From the IMG/VR virus record IMGVR_UViG_3300017971_000273: 64,000 bases of DNA, one strand, 5' to 3'. The notes below the pieces were generated by a model. The model had not been told where the DNA came from. It made no database searches and worked only from the letters and a program-made list of their open reading frames with translations. Made by a program: the position numbers and the translations under genes. This document shows positions 19,371 through 29,368 of the stretch, piece after piece; within the stretch, counting starts at the first letter, position 1, and each line of letters opens with the position of its first letter. The stretch is from a virus.

Positions 19371-20396
19371 ATGAGTAAATTGGATCTTCCGGTTCCCTCG
19401 CACTTTGATGCGAGCAAAGTTAATGAGCTTTTCCATGTTAAGTATGAGGATATTTTCACCAGGGCAAAGGAGTGGGCCAAGCGACATGACCTCCAGCCTG
19501 CGGCCAAAGATAAGCTTCGCGTCTGCTTGATTGCTATTGACTGCCAGAATACTTTCTGTATGCCGTATCCCGATGGGGAGCTTTCTGTGGTAGATGCGGA
19601 CAAAGACATCGTGCGGCTTTGTGAGTTTATCTATAGGAATATGGATGTAATTACCAATATTTCTCCCACGATGGACACTCACTTGAGCAAGCAGATTTTC
19701 CACCAGGATTTCTGGGTCAATGATGAGGGTGAGCATCCTCCTCCCGGTGTCACTATGATTTCTGCGGACGATGTTAAGAAGGGCGTGTGGAAGGTGAATC
19801 CGGTTATGGCCAGCGTTCTTAACGCCAGCTACACCGGGCTTCATAAGTATGCCCTTCACTACACACAGACTCTCGCTGACGAGGGCAAGTATGCTTTGCT
19901 TATCTGGCCACACCACGCGATGCTTGGTGGAGTTGGCCATGCGCTTGTTCCCCTTCTTGAAGAAGCCATCTTTTTCCATGACATCGCTCGTGGAAGCCAG
20001 ACCGACTTCCAGATTAAGGGTGGAAATCCCTTGACTGAGAACTATTCGGTGCTTCGTCCAGAAGTTCTTACCACCGCAAAGGGCGTTGCTATTGCCCAGA
20101 AGAACACTGCTTTTATCGAGAAGCTGCTCAACTTTGATGCGGTTGTGATTGCTGGCCAGGCTAAGTCTCACTGTGTTGCTTGGACGATTGACGATCTGCT
20201 CAATGAGATTAACACCAAGGATCCCAAGCTGGTCAAGAAGGTTTATCTTCTGGAGGATTGCACCTCTCCGGTTGTGATTCCTGGCATCGATTTCACCGAC
20301 CAGGCTAACGAGGCTTTCGAGAGGTTCCAGAAGGCTGGGATGCATGTTGTTAAATCTACTGACCCAATTACCACCTGGGATGGGATTACCCTATGA
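19371..20396 (+). CDS. nicotinamidase-like cysteine hydrolase (isochorismatase superfamily)
   Basis: AAGGAG SD; IDCQNTF (Asp), MDTH and WPHH (metal ligands), IKGG (Lys), AKSHCV (Cys). Confidence 0.8.
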   Translation: MSKLDLPVPSHFDASKVNELFHVKYEDIFTRAKEWAKRHDLQPAAKDKLRVCLIAIDCQNTFCMPYPDGELSVVDADKDIVRLCEFIYRNMDVITNISPTMDTHLSKQIFHQDFWVNDEGEHPPPGVTMISADDVKKGVWKVNPVMASVLNASYTGLHKYALHYTQTLADEGKYALLIWPHHAMLGGVGHALVPLLEEAIFFHDIARGSQTDFQIKGGNPLTENYSVLRPEVLTTAKGVAIAQKNTAFIEKLLNFDAVVIAGQAKSHCVAWTIDDLLNEINTKDPKLVKKVYLLEDCTSPVVIPGIDFTDQANEAFERFQKAGMHVVKSTDPITTWDGITL

Positions 20397-20938
20397 TACA
20401 CTACCTAACTGGCGATGCCACAGAGCCCCAGGTTAATAAGGGAGCGAGAATCATCGCTCATATTTGTAATGATCTTGGAGGTTGGGGGAGCGGTTTTGTT
20501 GTTGCCCTGTCTAACAAGTGGCCTGAACCAGAGAGAAAGTATAGAGAGTGGTTCAAGTGGGCTACGGACGACACAAACAAAACGCTGCCGCTGGGGCAAA
20601 TACAACTCGTCCAGGTGAAAGATCCTAAAAAGGAAGGTCCGCTCTATGTGTGCAACATGATCGCACAAGAGGGATACACTGCTCCAGACCATCCAATTGC
20701 CGTTAGGTATGATATGCTTTGTGCATGTCTGGCTGATTTGAACAACTGGATTGGTCACTATTGTCATCTAAAGAGTCGTATGGTTCTGCCGCCCACTAAC
20801 ACTCACCTTTCAATCCATATGCCGCGAATTGGTTGCGGTTTGGGCGGCGGAGATTGGGGAATTGTAAGTGAGCTTATCGGAGCTTTGCTTACAGCGTGCG
20901 ATGTGTATGTTTATGATTTGGAGGAATCAAATGAGTGA
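20393..20938 (+). CDS. macrodomain protein (Poa1p/TARG1-like ADP-ribose hydrolase)
   Basis: YLTGDAT, IAHICNDLGGWGSGFVVAL, MPRIGCGLGGGDW. Confidence 0.88.
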   Translation: MIHYLTGDATEPQVNKGARIIAHICNDLGGWGSGFVVALSNKWPEPERKYREWFKWATDDTNKTLPLGQIQLVQVKDPKKEGPLYVCNMIAQEGYTAPDHPIAVRYDMLCACLADLNNWIGHYCHLKSRMVLPPTNTHLSIHMPRIGCGLGGGDWGIVSELIGALLTACDVYVYDLEESNE

Positions 20939-21722
20939 AAGCAAGAATATTAATGAGCTTTTTGAAGATGCTCAGGATGAAGGGCTTCTTTCTCCTGAGT
21001 CTTCCCAGGCTCTAATGGTTCATGATATTGGTCAGCAGATTCAGGCTGGCTTGGGTGTGGATGTTGATGATGTCGAGGCAAGTGAGGTTGTGCTTGTTTC
21101 CGTAATGGTTGATGATTCTGGTTCTATTCGATTCTCTGGGAATGCCCAGCCGATTCGTGATGGCCACAATGAGTTGATTCGTGCTATGACGGATTCCAAG
21201 CAGCAGGATAATATCTTGGCCCATACTCGATACTTGAACGGCGGGGTTCTTTATCCGTATTGTTCGCTTGATCAAGCCGTTGAAATGGATAGAAGCAATT
21301 ACGACCCCAATCAGGGCACGCCCCTTTATGATGAAACAGTTTCTTTTCTGGGCACTGTTCTCGCCAAGACTTTCGAGTTTGCGGACAACGGAGTTCCTGT
21401 GAGAACGATTTCTCTTGTTATGACTGATGGACGTGACCTACACTCCAGTCGCCATGATGCTGCGGCTGTAAAGAACATTGTGGCTGATATGCTTGGCCAA
21501 GAAAATCATATCGTTGCGGCCATGGGTTTTGATGATGGTGGTGCTACAAGCTTTCGTGAGGTTTTCAAAGAGATGGGGCTCAGGGACGAGTGGATTCTCA
21601 CGCCACAGAACACCCCAACTGAAATTCGCAGGGCTTTCCAGTTGTTCAGCAAGAGTGCAGTTCAGGCCAGCCAAAGCAGCATGAACTTTAGCAAGACGGC
21701 AATGGGAGGTTTCGGTGGGTAA
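20931..21722 (+). CDS. TerY-like vWA-domain protein
   Basis: GGAGG SD before ATG 20931; VDDSGS MIDAS, GTPLYD, MTDG. Confidence 0.82.
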   Translation: MSESKNINELFEDAQDEGLLSPESSQALMVHDIGQQIQAGLGVDVDDVEASEVVLVSVMVDDSGSIRFSGNAQPIRDGHNELIRAMTDSKQQDNILAHTRYLNGGVLYPYCSLDQAVEMDRSNYDPNQGTPLYDETVSFLGTVLAKTFEFADNGVPVRTISLVMTDGRDLHSSRHDAAAVKNIVADMLGQENHIVAAMGFDDGGATSFREVFKEMGLRDEWILTPQNTPTEIRRAFQLFSKSAVQASQSSMNFSKTAMGGFGG

Positions 21723-22197
21723 GAGAGACTTTGAGGATTCTGTTCCTCCCAGCCCTTGTCCACTGCCAGAAGACACGCCAAAAAGAGAATTTGGTTTTGG
21801 GGCTTTGCCCCCTCCAGGAATGGCATGGCAAATGGGAAAAACCGCTGCCTCAATACTTTTCGTGAATGCTGCTGAAAGTGCGATAGGTTGGCTCCAAAGT
21901 CAAATTGAAGCAGTTAAAAAGGGTGAGGTTGTTCTCTATGAGGAAGTGCGTGTGGATCCGCCATTGGTATATGGCTGGGAAAGGGCTCTGGAAGAGCCGA
22001 GCCCAATAGAAAGAGCTGTGGATTCTTTTAGTATGAACCACACCGATGGTAATATGTGGGGCTGTGGTATAGGGCTTGAAGATGGTGAGGAAGTCATCGA
22101 AGCTTACTTAATAGATGGCTCAAAGTCCGACTTGCCCAGCGAATACGAAGGTTTCAAGGTCATAGTTATAGAGTGTGATAGACCGGTTCCACACTAG
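21715..22197 (+). CDS. hypothetical protein
   Basis: coupled ORF, 160 aa. Confidence 0.6.
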   Translation: MGKRDFEDSVPPSPCPLPEDTPKREFGFGALPPPGMAWQMGKTAASILFVNAAESAIGWLQSQIEAVKKGEVVLYEEVRVDPPLVYGWERALEEPSPIERAVDSFSMNHTDGNMWGCGIGLEDGEEVIEAYLIDGSKSDLPSEYEGFKVIVIECDRPVPH

Positions 22198-22207
22198 GGA
22201 GATTAAA

Positions 22208-22759
22208 ATGAGAATAGGAATTGTAGGAGGAAGCTTCAATCCGCCCCACATAGGCCATGCTGCAATGATTCAATATGCTCTGGCCAGGGAAGATTTCGAT
22301 GAGATTTTGGTTGCTCCCTGCTATAAGCATCCGTTCAAAGATAAGATGCTGTCTTTTTATAATCGGTTATATATGTGCAACATCATGGTTAGGAAGCTTT
22401 TCCCTCATAATGTCATGGCTGTAGATTATGAAAAGGAAATAAACACTGGAAGAACTTACGACTTGTTGAAATACTTAATTGCAGACTATCCGGAAGCTCG
22501 CTATACTCTTATCTTGGGTGATGACCTGTTCTTTGAGTTTGATAAAAAGTGGTATAAGAGTGATGAAATTAGAGAGTTGGCGGATATTATGTGGGTTCCT
22601 GCCCAGCTATACGCCAGCAATCCAGTGTTGCAGATTCGTTCTTCTTATATACGCTGGCTCCTTAAACAAGGAAAAGATGTTTCCCACATGGTTCCGAAGG
22701 CGGTTTTGGAATATCTGGAATCACGAAAGCTCGTGGAGAGTCTCAAGGAGATGCCGTGA
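22208..22759 (+). CDS. nadD: nicotinate/nicotinamide mononucleotide adenylyltransferase
   Basis: GIVGGSFNPPHIGH (HxGH), PCYKHPFK, RLYMC, TYDLL, ILGDD, IRSSYIR. Confidence 0.85.
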   Translation: MRIGIVGGSFNPPHIGHAAMIQYALAREDFDEILVAPCYKHPFKDKMLSFYNRLYMCNIMVRKLFPHNVMAVDYEKEINTGRTYDLLKYLIADYPEARYTLILGDDLFFEFDKKWYKSDEIRELADIMWVPAQLYASNPVLQIRSSYIRWLLKQGKDVSHMVPKAVLEYLESRKLVESLKEMP

Positions 22760-22882
22760 AACAAAAAGATAGGTTAGTATTTTTTGCTCTTATCAAGCGC
22801 ATGGAAGTAGAAGAACACTCTAGTTTTGAATATCGCATCTCGGTGCTTAGAAAGTTGTTTTCCGACCTAGGCTTTGATGTGA

Positions 22883-23164
22883 ATGTCGAATGGGACGAGG
22901 TGGACGAGGTGGATGATGGCGTGGAAAAATGAGAGAAAAGTTCATGTGGATGGCCAAGAGTGGCAATGGGTTGTGGTGAGAAGTGGCAGCAATCCAGGTG
23001 TTCTTGTGAGATCCCCAGATAGGAAAGTTCATAGAATATCTTATCATGATCTCTATCCAGGTTTGGACTTGAAACAAGATAGAGAAACTGGCGAGTGGAG
23101 CGGCCCCGGTATAGCTCCAAACGAGGTGAAAGAATACATCGAAACATATTTGATTGGAGAATAG
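22883..23164 (+). CDS. hypothetical protein
   Basis: Trp-rich ORF; true start probably downstream. Confidence 0.45.
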   Translation: MSNGTRWTRWMMAWKNERKVHVDGQEWQWVVVRSGSNPGVLVRSPDRKVHRISYHDLYPGLDLKQDRETGEWSGPGIAPNEVKEYIETYLIGE

Positions 23165-23165
23165 A

Positions 23166-23717
23166 ATGACCTGTATTATTGGCTTGGTGGGTAAAGACCG
23201 TGTTTATGTTGGTGCCGATTCTGCGTCGGTGAATGTGGATAAATTAATCACCAGACCTACCAACGTGCCTAAAGTTTTTAAGCGCGGCCCCTTTATTATT
23301 GGATACACTACCAGTTTTCGTATGGGTCAGCTACTTGAACACTGGCTTGAAGTTCCTGCACAGAATCCTAAACAGAGCGACCAAGAATATATGGTGGTTC
23401 AGTTTGCGGAGAAGGTAAGAGAGCTGCTTAAGGAAAAGGGGTTTTCTACCATCGCAAGCAACAACGAAACGGGCGGCACTTTTATAGTTGCCTACAAGGG
23501 CAAGATCTATACCATGCATGGCGACTTCCAAGTGTCAGAAATGTCTGATGGTTTTGATGCTGTGGGTTGCGGAAGCCAGTTTGCCCTGGGTGCTATGTCC
23601 GCACTTGCGAAACTAAAGCCAGAGACTCGAATCAAGAAGTCGCTGGAAATTGCTGCATATTTCAGTGCTGGTGTCTGTGTGCCCTTCCGCGTGCGGTCAA
23701 TGAAGAGGGAGGACTAA
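23166..23717 (+). CDS. HslV/proteasome-like Ntn-hydrolase peptidase
   Basis: MTCIIG N-terminal Thr nucleophile, VGADS, KVF, AVGCGSQFALGAM. Confidence 0.78.
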   Translation: MTCIIGLVGKDRVYVGADSASVNVDKLITRPTNVPKVFKRGPFIIGYTTSFRMGQLLEHWLEVPAQNPKQSDQEYMVVQFAEKVRELLKEKGFSTIASNNETGGTFIVAYKGKIYTMHGDFQVSEMSDGFDAVGCGSQFALGAMSALAKLKPETRIKKSLEIAAYFSAGVCVPFRVRSMKRED

Positions 23718-24649
23718 TGGGCTGTTGGAATGGAACCTGCGGCATTAGCCAAATGCCAATCTTAGCAGGCCAAAGGATTTGGGCGTTTCTTATTGGTGTT
23801 GCCGGTTATAGAGACAACCCCAGTTCAAGTGGTCACTGCTACTCAACAGACTTGGGTTTTCCTATGACGCTTCCTATTCGCGGGAAGTATAACGATTACG
23901 GCGGAATAGAGAGCATTGAGGAGAACTATAACACGGAGTTGATTCTGGATATTTTCCGAGACACAGAGGGAGATAAGTTTCCAGACATCGAAACTTTACT
24001 AAATGACCAGGTTGAGAGAGATAGTTATACTTTCTATGTTGAAGATAAGGAAGAAAGAAGATACATAGAAAAGTTCCCCGTCGGCTTATTTATGGTTTTG
24101 GAAGATATAGCCCTATCTCTCAAGGGTGTTAGAACATCATACGAAAGATATTGTGAGACTTATCCAAGAAAACATATGCGCCAAGATGCCAGATATTTCA
24201 TGAAGTTTCTTGTTGAAGAAGCGGAGAGACTGAAAGAAATTTATGGGGAAGATATGTTGAGCGATGAGCTGAAAGATCATATGCTATTTAACTCGCGGAA
24301 TGATAGGTGTGAGAAATCAAGCAGATATGATAATCAGTTTGCTGTAGTCTTCAACGATAGGGGTTTTGCTGGTGCCCCTATATATGATGCCTGGAAGCCA
24401 TACAGGGAATACATCAAGAGCCTTGCTGCTCAAGGCAAAACCAGCGGCAAAGAAGTAGATGAGCTAGTGACAGACGCTTGCGATTTGGATCTGGTTGCTA
24501 GGGCTTTGAGCCTTATGCGGAAGTCTTGGTTTCCTCAGTCTGGTAAGGGTGGCCAAGGTGAGAACTATGAGTTTTACTGGAAACTCACCACCGCTATGCG
24601 AAGGCAGATTAAAGAAACGCTGAAAGAACGAGAGGATTGGGGATACTGA
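23717..24649 (+). CDS. hypothetical protein
   Basis: GGAGG SD, TAATG coupling; MGCWNGTCGISQMPI start; 310 aa. Confidence 0.75.
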   Translation: MGCWNGTCGISQMPILAGQRIWAFLIGVAGYRDNPSSSGHCYSTDLGFPMTLPIRGKYNDYGGIESIEENYNTELILDIFRDTEGDKFPDIETLLNDQVERDSYTFYVEDKEERRYIEKFPVGLFMVLEDIALSLKGVRTSYERYCETYPRKHMRQDARYFMKFLVEEAERLKEIYGEDMLSDELKDHMLFNSRNDRCEKSSRYDNQFAVVFNDRGFAGAPIYDAWKPYREYIKSLAAQGKTSGKEVDELVTDACDLDLVARALSLMRKSWFPQSGKGGQGENYEFYWKLTTAMRRQIKETLKEREDWGY

Positions 24650-25002
24650 TGACTTTGTTTGTAGGAATAATCATAGGCATTTGCCTTGCGATATACTTGG
24701 GCATTGGTATTATATTGTGGCTTGCTTCCATGGCCCTTAATAATCCCAGCCCGTTCATGATTGTTGGTTGGCCAATTAAGATGATCCGGATTGCTTTAAC
24801 TGTAGATAATGATCTGAACCTTCACACCACGGCTGGAACCTATAAGCCTCTCGACCCAGATTTTGTTGCAAGTGGAGAACAGAAAATAACCATCCAGTAT
24901 AAGTTTGGAATAACCGGCGTTGATCGTAGGGAGCGCAGGGAGAACCTGATAAGGAAGTTTAAAAAATTGGGGAGATTCTTGAAACGTTTCATTGCCGCGT
25001 GA
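24637..25002 (+). CDS. putative membrane protein
   Basis: N-terminal hydrophobic segment; start uncertain. Confidence 0.5.
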   Translation: MGILMTLFVGIIIGICLAIYLGIGIILWLASMALNNPSPFMIVGWPIKMIRIALTVDNDLNLHTTAGTYKPLDPDFVASGEQKITIQYKFGITGVDRRERRENLIRKFKKLGRFLKRFIAA

Positions 25003-25313
25003 ATTGGGCATCTATGTCGGTTTCTGGTCAGACAGTTGAAGCCACGCTGCCACTGTATCTGTTAGACAAACTTAGGGAAGCTATGGAGAGTGGCCCTTAC
25101 CGCTTTGATGAAGTTGTGGAACGGCAGGTTATAAATGACTGATGATAAAAACAAAATCACGTTTGATGATTGGGAGAATATATCTGACTTTCTCGCCCGA
25201 CAAATCGTAGATGATTTGTATAGGGCTGGACTATTGGATGCACATAAATATCAGGGTGTTGTAGAGAAGACGTTGGTGAGGTGGCCTGAAACTGGGCGGA
25301 CATGGGGGCGTGA

Positions 25314-25598
25314 GTGATGCCAGTCTCATATGATATGCTGACCGAAAAAAATGCTGCTCTCCGTGCCCGCGAAAAAGAGTTGGAACAATTGGTTGAATCG
25401 CTACAAGAGGATAAGATAAACGCTTCTGAAGCCGAACATTTGATTGCGGATCTGGTGCAAGACGCAATGATGAACGCCTCTTGGAATGGTGTTGGCCGTC
25501 GTCGCGGAGAAGAGGAATTGCGGGACAATACCGAATCCGCAATTAGATTCACCTTAGAGGCATACCAGGTAATCCCCCTGCGCAAGGAAGATGAGTGA
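25314..25598 (+). CDS. coiled-coil hypothetical protein
   Basis: coupled ORF. Confidence 0.55.
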   Translation: MMPVSYDMLTEKNAALRAREKELEQLVESLQEDKINASEAEHLIADLVQDAMMNASWNGVGRRRGEEELRDNTESAIRFTLEAYQVIPLRKEDE

Positions 25599-25894
25599 TG
25601 GGAGTATCCTGGAAAAAAGATGAGCGCTCGCCTCTTGTGGATGTGGATCTTTGTGAAACTTGCGAACAGCACATTTGTAAAGACTGTGCCCTGCGCGATA
25701 GTCTCCAAGATCGGGTTGAAAAGTTGGAGACGGAGCTTGACGAGCAAGGCGATATTCTGCGTGGGCAAATCGCGGACAACGCCAAGTTGCGGAACCGTTG
25801 GGCAGAATTGCGGAGGCAAGTTAGTGCAGAGAACCCAATGCACGGGTGCTTCGCAGACATTACCGATTGGATGGATGAATTGGAGGATAAGTGA
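25595..25894 (+). CDS. hypothetical protein with CxxCxxxxCxxC motif and coiled coil
   Basis: CETCEQHICKDC. Confidence 0.55.
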   Translation: MMGVSWKKDERSPLVDVDLCETCEQHICKDCALRDSLQDRVEKLETELDEQGDILRGQIADNAKLRNRWAELRRQVSAENPMHGCFADITDWMDELEDK

Positions 25895-26430
25895 TGGGAT
25901 CGCTTTGTAGTTTTATATCGGGCAAGCTGGAAAATTGCGAGCAAGAGCTGGCCAAATTGCAAAAAGCGGAATGCTGAACTCGTCCGAGATATGAATGCTC
26001 TTGACGGTTGCTGGGAGAAAAAGGTGGAGCGGCTGCGGAGATTGCTGGAGAAGTCAGTAAAATGGGTAGAGTATTGGAGCAGCCATGAGCCGGCTATTGA
26101 ACTCGCCCAACAAATACATAAGGAGTTGGAGGAAGATTGATGGACACTAAAAAGATTGCTGATGCTATTATCTATGCTGGATTAATTATAGGCATGGCCA
26201 TTATGCTTGGCTTGCAGTTTCACGCATGTAATTTGATGATGAAGTAGGTGAAAGATGATAGATCCGCTGTATGCAGGAATATTTGCAGGCGTATTTCTTT
26301 TGGCCTGCGTCGGAATTTGGTTTTTGACTAAGGATTGGAATTGAGAGATGGGCGTGCTACTGGGTATTATATTAGCAGCCTCTTGTATTTTGTTCTGTCT
26401 TGGAGTTTGGCTTTTACTTAAAGATTAGAA

Positions 26431-26733
26431 TTGAGAGATAATATGAATGAAGAAGAGCACGGACAATATTGGTGGGCGAGTATATGCTCGGCGCATCAAT
26501 ACCACGAACCGACGTGCAACAATTGCCATTCTGGCTCGTGGGTCATGTATACATCTGCCGAAGCTCAAGTGCATCGCACACTGATGTTTAAAATGGCTCA
26601 GTGGAAAGTCTTAAGAGTTAAGGAGATACTCGACGCTGTGGATTGGTCTGATTTTCCTAGGTCGGCTTGGGATGTTGACTACCAAGATATTTTTGATGCC
26701 TTGCAAGAAATAAAAGAAGTTGTCGAGAGGTAA
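26431..26733 (+). CDS. hypothetical protein
   Basis: CSAH...CNNC motif. Confidence 0.5.
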   Translation: MRDNMNEEEHGQYWWASICSAHQYHEPTCNNCHSGSWVMYTSAEAQVHRTLMFKMAQWKVLRVKEILDAVDWSDFPRSAWDVDYQDIFDALQEIKEVVER

Positions 26734-26736
26734 GTT

Positions 26737-27630
26737 ATGCTACTAAACGATTTACAATCCAGAAATCTAATCCACCCTCCACCCTGGCTTCCCAGCACTA
26801 CACATTACCTTTGCATCATGGGGAGTTTCGCATACGGCGTAGCGGGTGATGATTCTGATTGCGATATATATGGCTGGTGTATTCCTCCGAAACAAATGAT
26901 CTTTCCGCATCTTGCTGGCGAGATCGCCGGGTTCGGAAAGCAGATCAAGCGGTTTGATCAGTGGCAGGAACATCATATCAACGATGAAGTCAAGGGCAAA
27001 GAGTATGACTTCAGTGTGTATAACATCGTGAAGTTCTTCCAGCTATGCATGGATAATAATCCGAACATGGTTGATGCTCTCTTCGTCCCCGAGCGATGCG
27101 TAATCCATTGTAGTGCCGTGGGCAACATCGTAAGGGAGAACAGAAAGTTGTTTCTCCATAGAGGTTGCTGGCACAAGTTCAGGGGCTACGCCTACAGCCA
27201 GCTTCACAAAATGGCCATCAAGAACCCCGAGCCAGGAAGTAAGCGTGCGGAATATGTAGAGAAATACGGCTATGATGTGAAGTTCGCTTATCATCTTGTT
27301 CGCTTGATGTATGAGGTTGAGGAAATCCTCACCGCAGGAGATCTCCATCTTGATCAGAATTCCGAGGTTCTCAAGGCCATTAGGCGTGGGGAGTGGTCCC
27401 AAGAGCGCGTGGAAAAGTTCTTCGAACAAAAGGAACATGCGCTCAATTCAGCCTACGAGCAAAGCGGGTTGCCTTGGGGACCAGACGAGAAGGAACTAAA
27501 GAAGCTTCTGTTTAAGTGTCTTGAACATCACTACGGCACGCTCAAGGATGCTTATGTGGAACCGGATAGGTTCAAGAACGCAGTGATGAAGATTATGGAA
27601 ACCTGTGCCGACGCCCTGAAGGGAGGATAA
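26737..27630 (+). CDS. Pol-beta superfamily nucleotidyltransferase (YcgL/RlaP-like)
   Basis: MGSFAYGVAGDDSDCDIYG (GS...DxD), NNPN, GYAYSQ, YDVKFAYHLVRL, AIRRGEW. Confidence 0.85.
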   Translation: MLLNDLQSRNLIHPPPWLPSTTHYLCIMGSFAYGVAGDDSDCDIYGWCIPPKQMIFPHLAGEIAGFGKQIKRFDQWQEHHINDEVKGKEYDFSVYNIVKFFQLCMDNNPNMVDALFVPERCVIHCSAVGNIVRENRKLFLHRGCWHKFRGYAYSQLHKMAIKNPEPGSKRAEYVEKYGYDVKFAYHLVRLMYEVEEILTAGDLHLDQNSEVLKAIRRGEWSQERVEKFFEQKEHALNSAYEQSGLPWGPDEKELKKLLFKCLEHHYGTLKDAYVEPDRFKNAVMKIMETCADALKGG

Positions 27631-27840
27631 GATGCATATTATAATGATTTTGGGGGTGCTATATGCCCTGATGGTGATTTATTCGCTGGCTTATCTCTAC
27701 GCAGAGCACATTGGATTTTGTAGTAAAAGGAAGCGGGCCTGGTTCTGGCTTACAATTCCATTTACAATATGGTTCATACCCATTGTAGTTTTGTTAATAG
27801 TAGTTTCAGGTTTGCTTAAGGATGCTTTCGGGAGTGGAAA

Positions 27841-28374
27841 ATGAATAAATTGACGGCAAGTAGGCTTATAGCAATTAGCTTAGCATTCTTCGTGGCGACT
27901 TTGTTGGCCGCATTACTTTTTGGTTGTGGCGGAGTCATTGAGGATCCAGATCCTACTCCATTGCCCAAACCTGATAAGAAAGTCGAAGAGCCAATTGAAT
28001 ACTGCGGCAACGGGGTTTGTGAAGTTGAGAAGGGCGAAGATTACTGGAGCTGCTATTGGGATTGTTCTGATCCTTATGGTGGACCAAAGAACGGATACTG
28101 CGGCGATGGTATTTGCTACAAAGAAAGCATGACGAGTTGCTGGAAAGACTGTAGGCCAAGGCAATACAACCCAGAACCAGATTGGCCGGGTCCAGGTCCA
28201 GGTCCAGATCCAGGTCCAATGTGGGGCGTGGAGCCACCATATCCAGATCCAAGGGAGATGTTGGATGAAGATAGAGTTAAGGATGTATTACAATCTCAAA
28301 GAGAAATTCTGGGATTACCCGTGGAGCCACCCGTTGTATTTAGAAGCAGAGAATATAATCAAGAGGCCCCTTAA
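27841..28374 (+). CDS. lipoprotein with two Cys-rich CG(N/D)GxC...CxxDC repeats and Pro-Gly linker
   Basis: LLFG-C lipobox; CGNGVCEVEKGEDYWSCYWDC and CGDGICYKESMTSCWKDC; PGPGPGPDPGP. Confidence 0.7.
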   Translation: MNKLTASRLIAISLAFFVATLLAALLFGCGGVIEDPDPTPLPKPDKKVEEPIEYCGNGVCEVEKGEDYWSCYWDCSDPYGGPKNGYCGDGICYKESMTSCWKDCRPRQYNPEPDWPGPGPGPDPGPMWGVEPPYPDPREMLDEDRVKDVLQSQREILGLPVEPPVVFRSREYNQEAP

Positions 28375-28587
28375 AGATCTCTTGATGACGGTCAAGACCG
28401 AGCCATTATGTTGGCCCGAGAGGCGATATGATAGAGCCTGTCTATACTTATCCACTTGCAGAACGCCTCAGTCGTTCGCGTAATGGTGATGGTATACCTT
28501 TTGTATCATTTTGGGACCTTTTAGCAAGGCCAAGCAGACCTTTCGGAGCGCTTCGCCCTGCACATTTTTTCTTTGGGAGATTTAAAG

Positions 28588-28839
28588 ATGAAGATTTTCG
28601 CAATAAAATGTCTCGGCTGCGGGGACACAATCTACAGCAGAGCAAGACACGATTGGCACCAATGCTCGTGTGGAAAAACCTTTGTAGATGGGGGCTTCGA
28701 TTATATGAGAGTTGGGTGGGATGAAGAGGTTGGATATGAACACGCGGAATTAGAGCTTGATGTTACGCAAGAAGAACTCTATGAAGATTGGAACAAGGGA
28801 ATAGACAAATACGGCACGATCAGAGCAAAAGAAGAGTGA
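28588..28839 (+). CDS. zinc-binding phage hypothetical protein
   Basis: AIKCLGCGDTIYSRARHDWHQCSCGKTFVDGG. Confidence 0.75.
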   Translation: MKIFAIKCLGCGDTIYSRARHDWHQCSCGKTFVDGGFDYMRVGWDEEVGYEHAELELDVTQEELYEDWNKGIDKYGTIRAKEE

Positions 28840-29132
28840 AAATGTACAACGAGACAAAACTGGCTGTGAAGAAGGCGTTTGATATAGGCAAGCGCCTTTT
28901 CTTTATGGGCTATGGGGATTATTTGAAGCTTCTGGAAGCTGCATCTAAAATCAGTATGCCTACAAAAGAGGACGTGGCTTCTTACATTGAGGACGGTTTG
29001 GCCGTGGAAGATGCCCAGCTCGCCGCTATGAAAGAAAGATATAGGGAAGCGGCAGTAGAAGCCGGCTTTACGGAAGACCAAGGCTTAGCTGTGCTTGAAT
29101 ATGCGGCTATGCTTGAGGAGATGAAAGAATGA
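28836..29132 (+). CDS. hypothetical protein
   Basis: coupled ORF. Confidence 0.55.
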   Translation: MKMYNETKLAVKKAFDIGKRLFFMGYGDYLKLLEAASKISMPTKEDVASYIEDGLAVEDAQLAAMKERYREAAVEAGFTEDQGLAVLEYAAMLEEMKE

Positions 29133-29368
29133 GCGACGAAAAGAAATATAATCCGCGAGTGGAGGATCCTCTTTACTGGCGGTACCAGAAGCTCGTGGAA
29201 GATTGGTCTGCGCTTATGAGCGAGAAGCTGAAAATCTTTGGCCCTTCCGCAGAAAACTTCCAGTTGGTCACAGCCCATTTTGCTAGGCAGCTTTATAAGA
29301 TGGGCTACGACGATGCCGAGAGACTTTTCAAAGAGGTTCTAGAGGATAAAGACAAGGTAGTAAATTAA
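29129..29368 (+). CDS. hypothetical protein
   Basis: GAGGAG SD. Confidence 0.6.
   Translation: MSDEKKYNPRVEDPLYWRYQKLVEDWSALMSEKLKIFGPSAENFQLVTAHFARQLYKMGYDDAERLFKEVLEDKDKVVN

Noticed and set aside
19035-20345. 436 aa minus-strand ORF, and other long antisense ORFs such as 32058-32702 and 60325-60924
   Set aside because: They shadow well-supported + strand genes, have no motifs or RBS, and are explained by codon bias
28180-28220. CCAGGT/CCAGAT hexamer tandem as a DNA repeat element
   Set aside because: Simply encodes the PGPGPDPGP linker
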